A DNA stretch of 64,000 nucleotides from Eledone cirrhosa (lineage: Eukaryota): NCBI GenBank assembly GCA_964016885.1, contig OZ024745.1:40920001-40984000 (forward strand), read 5' to 3'. Each line of letters begins with the position of its first letter. Within the stretch, counting starts at the first letter, position 1. Position numbers and translations under genes: made by a program. The notes below the pieces were generated by a model. The model did no database searches and had not been told where the DNA came from. It saw nothing but the letters and a program-made list of their open reading frames with translations. Of this stretch, positions 26,490 to 39,140 are shown one piece after another.

Positions 26490-29365
26490 GTTCTTATTGT
26501 GATTGTCAATGTTGTGGTCGTTGCTGTTGATGTTGTTATTATCATTGCTGTTGTTATTATCATTGCTGTTGTTGTTATCGTTGTTGTTCTTATTGTGATT
26601 GTCACAGTTGTTGTCGCTGCTGTTGATGTTGTTATTATCATTGCTGTTGTTGTTATCGTTGTTGTTCTTATTGTGATTGTTGCTGTCGTTGTCGTTGCTG
26701 TTGATGTTGTTATTATCATTGCTGTTGTTATTATCGTTGTTGTTCTTATTGTGATTGTCACTGTTGTTGTCGTTGCTGTTGATGTTGTTATTATCATTGC
26801 TGTTGTTGTTATCATTGCTGTTGTTGTTATCGTTGTTGTTCTTATTGTGATTGTCACTGTTGTGGTCGTTACTGTTGTTATTATCATTGCTGTTGTTATT
26901 ACCATTGCTGTTGTTGTTATCGTTGTTGTTCTTATTGTGATTGTCACTGTTGTTGTCGTTGCTGTTTATGTTCTTATTACCATTGCTGTTGTTGCTATCG
27001 TTGTTGTTCTTATTGTGATTGTCACTGTCGTTGTCGTTGCTGTTGATGTTGTTATTACCATTGCTGTTGTTGATGTTGTTATTACCATTGCTGTTGTTGT
27101 TATCGTTGTTGTTCTTATTGCGATTGTTGCTGTCGTTGTCGTTGCTGTTGATGTTGTTATTATCATTGCAGTTGTTGTTATCGTTGTTGTTCTTATTGTG
27201 ATTGTCACTGTTGTTGTCGTTGCTGTTGATGTTGTTATTACCATTGCTGTTGTTGTTATCGTTGTTGTTCTTATTGTGATTGTTGCTGTTGTTGTCGTTG
27301 CTGTTTATGTTGTTATTACCATTGCTGTTGTTGTTATCGTTGTTGTTCTTATTGTGATTGTTGCTGTTGTTGTCGTTGCTGTTGATGTTATCGTTGTTGT
27401 TCTTATTGTGATTGTTGCTGTTGTTGTCGTTGCTGTTTATGTTGTTATTACCATTGCTGTTGTTGTTATCGTTGTTGTTCTTATTGTGATTGTTGCTGTT
27501 GTTGTCGTTGCTGTTTTTGTTGTTATTACCATTGCTGTTGTTGTTATCGTTGTTGTTCTTATTGTGATTGTCACTGTTGTTGTCGTTGCTGTTGATGTTG
27601 TTATTATCATTGCTGTTGTTGTTATCGTTGTTGTTCTTATTGTGATTGTCACTGTTGTTGTCGTTGCTGTTGATGTTGTTATTATCATTGCTGTTGTTGT
27701 TATCGTTGTTGTTCTTATTGTGATTGTCACTGTTGTTGTCGTTGATGTTGATGTTGTTATTACCATTGCTGTTGTTGTTATCGTTGTTGTTCTTATTGTG
27801 ATTGTCACTGTTGTTGTTGTTGCTGTTGATGTTGTTATTACCATTGCTGTTGTTGTTATCGTTGTTGTTCTTATTGTGATTGTCACTGTTGTGGTCGTTG
27901 CTGTTGATGTTGTTATTATCATTGCTGTTGTTGTTATCGTTATTGTTCTTATTGTGATTGTTGCTGTTGTTGTCGTTGCTGTTGATGTTATCGTTGTTGT
28001 TCTTATTGTGATTGTTGCTGTTGTTGTCGTTGCTGTTTATGTTGTTATTACCATTGCTGTTGTTGTTATCGTTGTTGTTCTTATTGTGATTGTTGCTGTT
28101 GTTGTCGTTGCTGTTTATGTTGTTATTACCATTGCTGTTGTTGTTATCGTTGTTGTTCTTATTGTGATTGTCACTGTTGTTGTCGTTGCTGTTGATGTTG
28201 TTATTATCATTGCTGTTGTTGTTATCGTTGTTGTTCTTATTGTGATTGTCACTGTTGTTGTCGTTGATGTTGATGTTGTTATTACCATTGCTGTTGTTGT
28301 TATCGTTGTTGTTCTTATTGTGATTGTCACTGTTGTTGTTGTTGCTGTTGATGTTGTTATTACCATTGCTGTTGTTGTTATCGTTGTTGTTCTTATTGTG
28401 ATTGTTGCTATCGTTGTCGTTGCTGTTGATGTTGTTATTATCATTGCTGTTGTTGTTATCGTTGTTGTTCTTATTGTGATTGTCACTGTTGTTGTCGTTG
28501 CTGTTGATGTTGTTATTACCATTACTGTTGTTGTTATCATTGTTGTTTTTATTGTGATTGTTGCTGTCGTTGTCGTTGCTGTTGATGTTGTTATTATCAT
28601 TGCAGTTGTTGTTATCGTTGTTGTTCTTATTGTGATTGTCACTGTTGTTGTCGTTGCTGTTGATGTTGTTATTATCATTGCAGTTGTTGTTATCGTTGTT
28701 GTTCTTATTGTGATTGTCACTGTTGTTGTCGTTGCTGTTGAGTTTGTTATTACCATTACTGTTGTTGTTATCGTTGTTGTTCTTATTGTGATTGTCACTG
28801 TTGTTGTTGTTGCTGTTGATGTTGTTATTATCATTGCTGTTGTTGTTATCGTTGTTGTTCTTATTGTGATTGTCACTGTTGTTGTCGTTGCTGTTGATGT
28901 TGTTACTATCATTGCTGTTGTTGTTATCATTGCTGGTCTTATTGTGATTGTTGCTGTTGTTGTCGTTGCTGTTGATGTTGTTATTATCATTGCTGTTGTT
29001 GTTATCGTTGTTGTTCTTATTGTGATTGTCACTGTTGTTGTCGTTGCTGTTGATGTTGTTATTATCATTGCTGATGTTGTTATCGTTGTTGTTCTTATTG
29101 TGATTGTCACTGTTGTTGTCGTTGCTGTTGATGTTGTTATTACCATTGCTGTTGTTGTTATCGTTGTTGTTCTTATTGTGATTGTCACTGTTGTGGTCGT
29201 TGGTGTTGATGTTGTTATTATCATTGCTGTTGTTGTTATCGTTATTGTTCTTATTGTGATTGTTGCTGTTGTTGTCGTTGCTGTTGATGTTGTTATTACC
29301 ATTGCTGTTGTAGTTATCGTTGTTGTTCTTATTGTGATTGTTCTCGTTGTGATTGTTGCTGTGAT
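26490..29365. repeat. 78-bp minisatellite (about 37 units) built on a GTT/ATT triplet frame
   Basis: Unit ATTGTGATTGTCACTGTTGTTGTCGTTGCTGTTGATGTTGTTATTATCATTGCTGTTGTTGTTATCGTTGTTGTTCTT; 26-residue periodicity in the ORF track. Confidence 0.95.
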
Positions 29366-29368
29366 TAG

Positions 29369-29558
29369 GGCGGTGAATTGGCAGTATCGGTAGAGGGTTG
29401 GACGCCATATTTTCTAGCATAGTTACGTCCCTTTACAGTCTGAGTTCAAATCCCGCCGAGGTTAACTTTGCCTTTCATCCTTACGGGGTCGATAAAATAA
29501 AGTACCAGTAATGTACTAGTTAATTGCTGTCATTGTGACTAAAGTAGAAACAGTTATT
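29369..29558 (+). mobile_element. tRNA-derived SINE (family A, short form)
   Basis: Matches family A consensus. Confidence 0.9.
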
Positions 29559-29774
29559 ATCATTGCTGTTGTTGTTATCGTTGCTCTTCTTATTGTGAGT
29601 GTTGCTGTTGTTGTCATTGCTGTTGATGTTGTTATTATCATTGCTGTTGATGTTGTTATTATCATTGCTGTTGATGTTGTTGAATTTGTCATCCTCACAA
29701 TAGTTGTTGTCGCTTCTTTCATTTTTATTCCAATCGTGGTTTTCCTTATTGCGTGTGTTCTTGTTGCTCTTTTC

Positions 29775-31034
29775 TGCTGGTGGTGATGGTGGTAGTAGTG
29801 GTGCTGGCGGCAGTGGTGCTGGCGGCAGTGTTGGTGGTGTTGGTGGTGAAGGTGGTGGTAGTGGTAGCGGTGGTGGCGGTAGTGTTGGTGGTGGTGGTGA
29901 TGGTGGTGATGTTTGTAATGGTGATGGTGTGGTGTTAGTGTTGGTGGTGGTTATGTTTGTGCTTGTGGTGGTGATGTCGGTGGTGATGGTGTTGGAGGTA
30001 GTGGTGGTGATTGTGGTGATGTTTGTGATGGTGGTGGTGTTAGTGTTGGTGGTGGTGACGATGGTGGTGGTGGTTATGTTTGTGATGGTGATGGTGATGG
30101 CGGTGGTGATGGTGGTGGTGGTGGTTGTGGTGGTAGTGGTGGTAGTAGTGGTGGTGGTAGTGGTGGTAGTGTTGGTGATGATGATGGTGGTTATGTTTGT
30201 AATGGTGGTGGAGCTGGTGGTGGTGATGGTGACGATGGTGGTGTCTAGTGGTGGTGGTGTTGGTGGTGCAGCTGGTGGTGGGGTTAGTGGTCGTGATGGT
30301 GGTGATGGTGGTGATGGTGACGATGGTGGTGGTGGTGGTGGTTGCGGTGGTGACGATGGTGGTGATATTTGTGAAGGTGGTGGTGATGGTGGTGTTAGTG
30401 TTGGTGGTGACGATGGTGCTGGTGGTGATGTTTTTGATGGTGGTGGTGGTTGTGGTGGTAGTGGTGATGGTGGTGATATGTATGTATTAGTGTTGGTGGT
30501 CCAGGTGTTGATGGTGGTGAGAATGGCGGTTGTGGCGGTGGTGATGATGTTTGTGATGGTGGTGATGTTTAATCTTCCATTTCCGTAATAGTTGTTGCAA
30601 TAGCTTCTGTTAAAGCTATCCCCATTATCGTTGTTCTGCTTGTTGGTTCTTCCAAGTAGTAGTAGTATTGTTGTTGTTGCTGGTGTTATTGTTGTTTTTG
30701 TTTTTGCTGCTGCTTCTGCTGCTACCGTTGTTGTTGTTCTTGCTACCGTTGTCATTGCTACTGTTGTTGTTGCTTCTTGTTGTTGCTGCTCTTCTTGGCG
30801 TTCTCCCTGTTCTGGTGTTGGTCCTGCCATTTTTCTCACTATTATTCTTGTTACTTTTTATATTCTGTCATTCCTAGTATATCTGTGCCTGTTTGTCATC
30901 CTTATTACTTTAGTTGCTGTTGCTTCTGTTCCTGCTTTTGTTCACTCTGTCATTCCTGCTGACGTTCGTATCGTTGTTTCCTTTGTTGTTGTTGATGTCG
31001 TTGTTGGTATTTTTGTTGTTATTGTTGTTGTTGG

Positions 31035-31065
<31 letters not shown>

Positions 31066-31880
31066 ATGGTTGTTATTATTGTTATTTTTGTTGTTGTTGA
31101 TGTTTGTGTTGATGATGTTGAGGTTGTTGATGTTGTAGTTGGTATTCTTGCTATTTTTGTTGTTATTGTTGTTGTTGGTGTTGTTGATGTTGTTGTTGTT
31201 GTTGATATAGTTGTTATTATTGTTATTTTTGTTGTTGTTGATGTTTGTGTTGATGATGTTGAGGTTGTTGATGTTGTAGTTGGTATTCTTGCTATTTTTG
31301 TTATTGTTGGTGGTGTCGTTGCTGTTGTTGCTGTTGTTGTTGTTGTTGTCGATGTTGTTGTTGACGTTGTAGTTCGTATCCTTGCTATTTTTGTTGCTGG
31401 TGATGTTGTTGTTCTTGTTGTTGTTGATGTTGTAGTTGGTATTCTTGCTATTTTTGTTGTTGTTGGTGGTGTTGTTGCTGTTGTTGTTGATGTTGTTGTT
31501 GTTGACATCGTTGCTCGTATGCTTGCTTTTTTGTTGTTGCTGGTGTTGTTGTTGTTGTTGTTGTTATTGATATTCTTGCTAGTGTTGTTTATGATGTTGC
31601 TTGTTTTGGTGAATTTGACATTCTTGTAATTGTTGGTGCTCCTTCCATTGATATTCTCATAGTTGTTACTCTTGAAGAATTTTTCATTCCAGCTCTAGTT
31701 GTCGTCGTTGTTGAAATTGTATGCATTGTTGTTATTGTAGTTGATGTCACTGTTGTTATTGTTGTTTGCATTGTTAATATGCCATTCCTAATGTTGCTGT
31801 TGCTATTGTTTTTGTTGAATGCACCTGTGTTGTTGTTGTTCTTGTTGTTGTTGTTCTTATTGTTGTTGTCGTTATGATTA
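29775..31880. repeat. Degenerate (GGT)n then (GTT)n low-complexity tract with local duplications
   Basis: GGT-rich 29780-30570; GTT-rich downstream, with a unit of about 140 bp repeated at about 31005 and 31150. Confidence 0.9.
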
Positions 31881-31902
31881 ATGTTCCACATTCATTATTG
31901 AT

Positions 31903-32227
31903 GTGGATTGGCAGTATCGGTAGAGGGTCCGACGCCATGCTTTGCAGCATACGTCCCTTTACGGATTGAGTTCAAAACCCGCGAAGGTTAACTTTGCCTT
32001 TCATCCTTAAGGGGTCGATAAAATAAAGTACCAGTAATACACTGGGATAATTGCTGGCCTTGTGCCAAAAGTAGAAACAATTATTCATACATACAGTGGA
32101 TTGGCAGTATGTTCAAATCCCGCCGAGGTTAACTTTGCCTTTCATCCTTACAGGGTCGATAAAATAAAATACCAGTAATGTACTGGGTAATTACTGGCCT
32201 TGTGCCTAAAAATAGAAACAATTATTG
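31903..32227 (+). mobile_element. Two tandem family A SINEs (second lacks the segment between box A and box B)
   Basis: 31903-32084 is full length; 32096-32227 joins TGGCAGTAT directly to GTTCAAATCCC. Confidence 0.88.
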
Positions 32228-32378
32228 ATACATACAGACCAACATCAAAAGTGCAAAACATATTTACCATATTTTTACCATTTCTCTATCAATTGTATTT
32301 CTTTTCTTTCCCTGATTCCAACATGTACACCACTACCGCGATCACAACCAGCTTTACTACTGCTGCTACCACCACCAA

Positions 32379-32451
<73 letters not shown>

Positions 32452-32467
32452 ACTACTACTACTACTG

Positions 32468-33046
32468 CTTATATAGGCACAAGATCAGCAATTTTGGGGG
32501 AGAGGAAAGTCGATTAAATTAACCCCAGTGCGTGACTGGTACATTATTTTATCTACCCCGTAAGGATGAAAGACAAAATTAACCTCGGCAGGATTTGAAC
32601 TCAGATCATGAAGGGCCGTAACTCTATGTTGCAAAGCAGGGTGTCCGACTCTCTGCCGATATTGCCAAAATAATAATAAATGAAACATTGATTTCTAGTA
32701 TAGGCACAAGGCCAGTAATTTTGGGGGAGGGGAAAGTCGATTAAATCGACCCCAGTACGTTACTGGTGCTTTATTTTATCGACCCCGTAAGGATGAAAGG
32801 CAAAGTTAACCTCGGCGGGATCTGAATTCAGATTGTAATAGATCGTAACTCTACGCTGCAAAGCATGGTGTCCGACTCTCTGCCGATATTGCCAAAATAT
32901 TAATAAATGAAATAATTGTTTCTACTTTAGGCACAAGGCCAGCAATTACCCAGTGCATTACTGGTACTTTATTTTATCGACCCCGTAAGGATGAAAGGCA
33001 AAGTCAACCTCGGCGGGATTTGAACTCAGATCGTTAAGGGACGTAA
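32468..33046 (-). mobile_element. Three tandem family A SINEs (two long form, one truncated short form)
   Basis: Copies at 32468-32667, 32690-32896 and 32913-33046. Confidence 0.88.
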
Positions 33047-33183
33047 TAATAAATGAGATAATAACAACACTTCTACTAGCTTTTTTTGCTGTATATCTAT
33101 TTTCTACTTTCATTTTAACTACTCACCTAGTCTCCGTATCTTTCTCATTCTCTCTCATTCACCCCCTTCTATCCCTCTCTATC

Positions 33184-33443
33184 TGAGAGGCTGATAAAAC
33201 AGGTTTATATAATTTGTATTAAATTATTTGTGCAATCCTGATTAAAGAGTGAATATAAAGTTGCAATTAAAAACAAAACAATCTTTAATATATTCGCTTG
33301 TAAATATTATTTCACACGCCTTATTTGTGGTGGGTTTTACGGCAAAGATTTCAATTCCATAGGGTCAATCTATAAGGGGTGAAGTCACATATCCTCTGCT
33401 TTTGTAATCACCTTGGGTTATAGTTATCGTTATATCAATAATT
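33184..33443 (+). repeat. About 260-bp segment duplicated at 45215-45462
   Basis: TGAGAGGCTGATAAAACAGG...GTTATCGTTATATCAATAATT is present at both loci in the same orientation. Confidence 0.9.
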
Positions 33444-33745
33444 ATCATTCTCTCTCATTGCTGTTATTTCATTCACCCCCTTCTATCCCTCTGACATTGT
33501 GTCCCCCCTTTTTAACTATCTCTCCCTCTGCCTGTCTATAGGTCTACATCATCACCATCCCAGTTACCATCTCCATAATCATCAACATCAGAAACAATTC
33601 CACCATTACTATCCCTACCATTATCTATATCATCAATATCATCAAAAGCAACATCACCATCACAAACATCATTAACACTAACAAAATCACCACTACCACC
33701 ATATCTATCTACATCTACTATCTCTCTCTCTCAGTCTCTCTCTCT

Positions 33746-33816
<71 letters not shown>

Positions 33817-34022
33817 CAACTAGTACTTTCTCTTCATGTTATCAGCAGCAGCCGCAGTACCACTATCACCATTATTATTATCCGCAACGGCAGCTACAGC
33901 ATCATCCTTCTCGTCATCATCATCACCACTATCGCCGCCACTACTGTTACATGACCCCCACAAACGGCGCACCGCTACTACATCACCCCCCCCCCCCACA
34001 CACACACATCCACATATATATA

Positions 34023-34070
<48 letters not shown>

Positions 34071-34603
34071 TATGTGTAGAAGTAAACACAGTAAACCCGT
34101 GTCTAAAACTACGAGGGTAGATTCCACCACAAATGTTATATATCATTCAACCTGAATCATATAGGATTTTACAAGATTTCTTACAAGATTTCTCATACAT
34201 ACCATATCAATAACCATTTCATCTCCTGGACAGACTAAAGATTTAATCTGTTTCGCCCTGAATGAATTAATTGCAGGGTATCTATATGGGGTATTAACTC
34301 TATATTTTATTTGTATATATATATATATTCCTTTCTTTGCATTATTTTTTTATTAATTTACTTTATTTGTTTATTTCTGTCTATGATCTTTTTTTTTGTC
34401 CATGATTTCCTCTGGTTATTTCTGATTGTAATTTTTTGTTTATGATTTTCCTTTGTATACTCTCCCCTCCTTACGTTATGTTTGTTTGATTTTCCCTCCC
34501 CCGTCACTGTCTACCCTTTCGCACTCATCCCTTCGTTCCACCCCACCCCCGCTTCACATACCTCCCTTCTCCTTCCTCGCCCTGCTTCAACTCCACGCCC
34601 ACC

Positions 34604-37005
34604 ATGCCCAGCCTGAGATTTTTTCTCCACCAATTCCACACCCGTCTTAAACATTTCCCACCCCATCCGCCCACCCTACTATCTCCCTTCTGCCCTCCAA
34701 AACCCGGCACTCCAGCCACATCCCTTTCCTCAGCCGCTGCCTCCACCTCCACCCCATCCCTCTCGGCTTGCGACTACACTTCCACACCTCCCCCTCCCAT
34801 TCCCCCCTCGACCCAACGTATCCTCACCCGATCCTCACGCCTCCTAATGCGCAACTCCCTCCGCGCCTCCCGCTCCACCATCCGCAACCTTGACTATAAA
34901 CTGACCCCCACCCTCCTCCGCCTTAGCTCCGCATGCCACCCCCTCCTCGCCCACTCCCTCCTTCTCTTCATCCAAAACCTCACCTCCTTCTTAACCTCCA
35001 CCAAAGCCCTTAAGCTACACTCACCCTACCACTACCTTCCAAAACCCCTCGCCCATCCCTGTACCCCCCCCCCCCTCCGCCCCCCACACACACAGGTTCC
35101 ACCCCTCCCCACCACTCTTCATCACATACTCCGCACACCCCTACCACATCTCCACCCTCCACCTCCACCCCCACCACTCCCTACCATCCTCCTTCACACA
35201 CTTAAACGCCAGCTACCCCACCCCACCACTTGTTGTCACCATACCCCACGACCTCCCCCTCTCCGCACCTGACCACTCACTCCTCAGTAGAGGCCTTCGC
35301 ATCATACCCCACACTCCGCACACCGACGAGTTCCTGGGCCGCCCTAGGCCGACGAACATCGTCTTGGACGCCGGCCCCAGGGCAATTTAGCACCCTGGAC
35401 GCGTTCCTCGACGCCTGCCGTAGCGAAGTAAATCGCTTCGACTTCCGCCACCGTTATAAACGGCATGACATCCCACGGGGCGAACTCCTCGCTCTCCCCT
35501 CCCTCCGTAGCCGAGATGACATCGTCATCAAACCGGCGGCCGAAACCCTCAGGCAGCTCCGTAACCCTCTCTTCTACCGCCCTCTACCCTCCGACCCCAC
35601 ACTTCTCTACCAACAACAAGTTTCCTCCACCATCCATCACCTTGTCTCCTCCTCCCTCCTCCCTCCCATCGCTTCCCACCTCATCGTCCGCAGCCCCAGC
35701 ACCATCTACTTCCTCCCCAAACTCCCCAAACCCATCAACCCCGGCCGCCCCATCGTCTCCGTTTGCAACTGCCCCACCGAACTCATCTCCGCCTTTCTTG
35801 ACTCCATCCTCGCCCCCTCGTCACCACCCTCCCTCCCACAACTCCGACACCAACCACGCCCTTCGCCTGTTCGACTCCTTCACTTTCCCACCCGACCCAC
35901 ACCGCCTCCTCTTCCCCCTAGACATCAAGTCGCTTTATATGTCATCCCGCACGCCCGAACTGTGCGGTCGTTATATCGACGACTATATCGGAACCACGAC
36001 CCTCACCCGAGAACAGCTCGACACCTTTCTCTCCTTCTTCTGCTCCTTCCACCCCTCCTTCCACTTCAGCACCTCTATCTCCAGCACCCACGTCCATTTC
36101 TTACACATCTCCGTCGCCATCGGCCCCTCCCACCGCTCCCTCGTCACCTCCGCCTGCTTCAAACCCACCGACTCCGACTCCTACGTCTACTTCACCTCCT
36201 CCCACCATACACATACAAAACATGCTATTGCCTACTCCCAACTCCTCCGGATCCGCCGCCTCTGCAGCCGAGATGCTGACTTTCAATCCCAGGCCCTTTC
36301 CCTAGTCAGCCATTTCATCCGCAGAGGTTCCCCTCCCCCTCGATCACACCGCCCTCACTCGCGCCCGTGCTGCCCCCCCCCCCCCCCCCCCCACACACAC
36401 ACACTTCACCCCTTCCCCATCACCTACCACCCCTCCACCCTACCCCTCCACCGCACCATCCTCCGCCTCTCCCGACGCCTCCAGTCCGACGCCTCCATCT
36501 CCAACAATCTTGCCATCCCCACCCTTCCTTCCCTCTCAAACGCGCACGCAAACTCCGCACCCTCCTCGTCCGCAGCTCCCTACCCCCCAACCCACGCTCT
36601 TCTCCCACCCCCCGTTCCCTTCACTGTTCCAGGCCTCGTTGCCACACCTGCCCCCTCATCACCAACACCACCACCTTCCAGGGTCCCAACGGCCACTATC
36701 TCTCTGTCCGGCACAACTTCCGTTGCACCTCCTCCAACCTACTCCACTGACTTCGCTGCATGGAGTGCAGCGCAACCTACGTAGGACAGACTGGACGTCG
36801 CCTGGCGGACCGTTTCACTGAAGACCTCCGGGATATTCGTCTCGGTGGGATTTCCCCCATCGCCCGCCACTTTGGCTCCCCTGGACATTCCGCCCACCAC
36901 CTCACAGTCTCTGGACTACTCCAATGCCACGGAACACCCGCCACCCGCCTCAGGGTCGAACAACGCACCATCTTCACCCTAGAGACCTGCACTCCCCCGA
37001 CCTGA
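34604..37005 (+). pseudogene. PLE RT-endonuclease pseudogene
   Basis: RDDIVIKPA, IYFLPKLPKPINPGRPIVS, LDIKSLY, RYIDD, then CxxC linker (RCHTC), NFRCTSSNL and CMECSATYVGQTGRRLADRF..E; frameshifts and a deletion near 35945 that removes the QxxG motif. Confidence 0.9.
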
Positions 37006-38334
37006 ACTCCTCACCCCTATTCCTTTAGCCTTCGACCGCCCTGTCTCCCCCCACCCACCCCCACACATACACACATATCCCCCACTAACACCACTAACGC
37101 ACTCCTCCTTTTCACCACCCACCTCCTTGGCCCACCCACAACTAACAATAATAACACCCCCACCCCAACCCCGCCCACCCTCCCTCAACTAACGATACTA
37201 ACATGCCCACCCCTCCCCATATCACGCACACACGCAACTGTACACACATACACGCACTCACACTATCCACACACCCTACTACCACCACTAATCCTCACCC
37301 ACACATCCTCTCCAACCACCCCAAAACTAATACCACTAACATCCCCCCGACCCCACGCACACGAACACACACCTTCCCACACACACCCACCCACACCTAC
37401 ATACAGCACCCACTCTACACACCTAACCACCACCAACCCCCACTAAAACACCTTTCCCCACCACCAGTATACTAACACCCACTAACACCCCTTTACCACA
37501 CACACACTCATCCAAACACGCACACACACACCAGTACCCTAGACTCCCTCCACCGTCCCCTCACCTCTTCTCTCCCTCTCCCTCTCCCCGCTCCACCCAC
37601 ACCCCTTCACACACACACACACACATCCCAGTAACACCTCTATTAACACTCACCCCATCCCCCCCATGACCCATCCCCACTCCATCTTTCGCACCTACCC
37701 ATCCTCTCCCCTGTCCACCGCACCTTCGCACACACAGACACACAGTCCTCACCACACTCACTTTCTCCACCTGTCATTCTCCTCTACTGCTATGCCTTCA
37801 TCCTGCCTTGACCCTCTGACCACTTCCTGTTGCGCGCGCACCCCACATCTCCCCACTTCCGACCGCCACAATCAACGGATTACACACCACCGGGCATCGT
37901 TCCAACTATCCACTCCATAACATGAAAAATATCCGACCACACTTAGCACCATCTACGGAAGTACCTTAGGAACTTACCCACGGACATACACTCACAATTC
38001 TTTTTCGAACCACGCCACCTACACCACGTATAACACCAACACACACGTGCGTACCCCCACATATACACACTCAGCTTCCTGTATCCTCACACGTACACCT
38101 ACACACATACACAAACACCCACTTCAGCCCTTCCCGCTCGGACGCCCCGCCTCCCTCTCCCTACTCCACCCTCCACCAACCCTACGCGCCCCACACCCTT
38201 CCACCACTTATTTATCTTTGTTTATTTTTATTTTTATTTGTACCGCTTCCACCGCCCCCCCCCCCCCTTTTTCTAAATCTCTCTCCACCACTCCCCCACA
38301 CCCCTTCGGAACTTTCTTCCCACCCACTTTTCTC

Positions 38335-38363
38335 CTGAGGAAGGGCTTATGCCCGAAACGTCG
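38335..38363 (+). ncRNA. Minimal PLE hammerhead motif
   Basis: CUGAGGA-A-GGGC-UUAU-GCCC-GAAAC-GUC; helix III reduced to palindromic ACGU; helix I weak. Confidence 0.7.
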
Positions 38364-38453
38364 TTCCCCACCTCCCCCCAGACTCAAGGGCGTGAAACTA
38401 CTAAACCTGTGTTTGTACTGCCTCTCTGTTATCGTTCCCGTTCCAATTTTCCC

Positions 38454-39123
<670 letters not shown>

Positions 39124-39140
39124 TATATATATATATATAT

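Larger units (their letters stand above)
34328..38455 (+). mobile_element. Penelope-like retroelement (C-terminal GIY-YIG, Neptune-like), decayed
   Basis: RT and GIY-YIG remnants, 3' hammerhead motif, (TA)n at both ends. Confidence 0.85.

Noticed and set aside
26490-29365. CRISPR-like array
   Set aside because: Contiguous tandem units without unique spacers; eukaryotic context; no cas genes.
26298-29420. 1040-aa Asn-rich and 1021-aa Val/Ile-rich ORFs
   Set aside because: Products of a stop-free triplet-based minisatellite; one start lies within a SINE; no domain content.
29520-31891. Pro/Thr-rich, mucin- or extensin-like ORFs
   Set aside because: Degenerate GGT/GTT repeats open in several frames on both strands; no splice or domain support.
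34215-34292. Possible minus-strand hammerhead (CCCTG..CAGGGC-GAAAC)
   Set aside because: CUGANGA core not recognisable and helix III disrupted.
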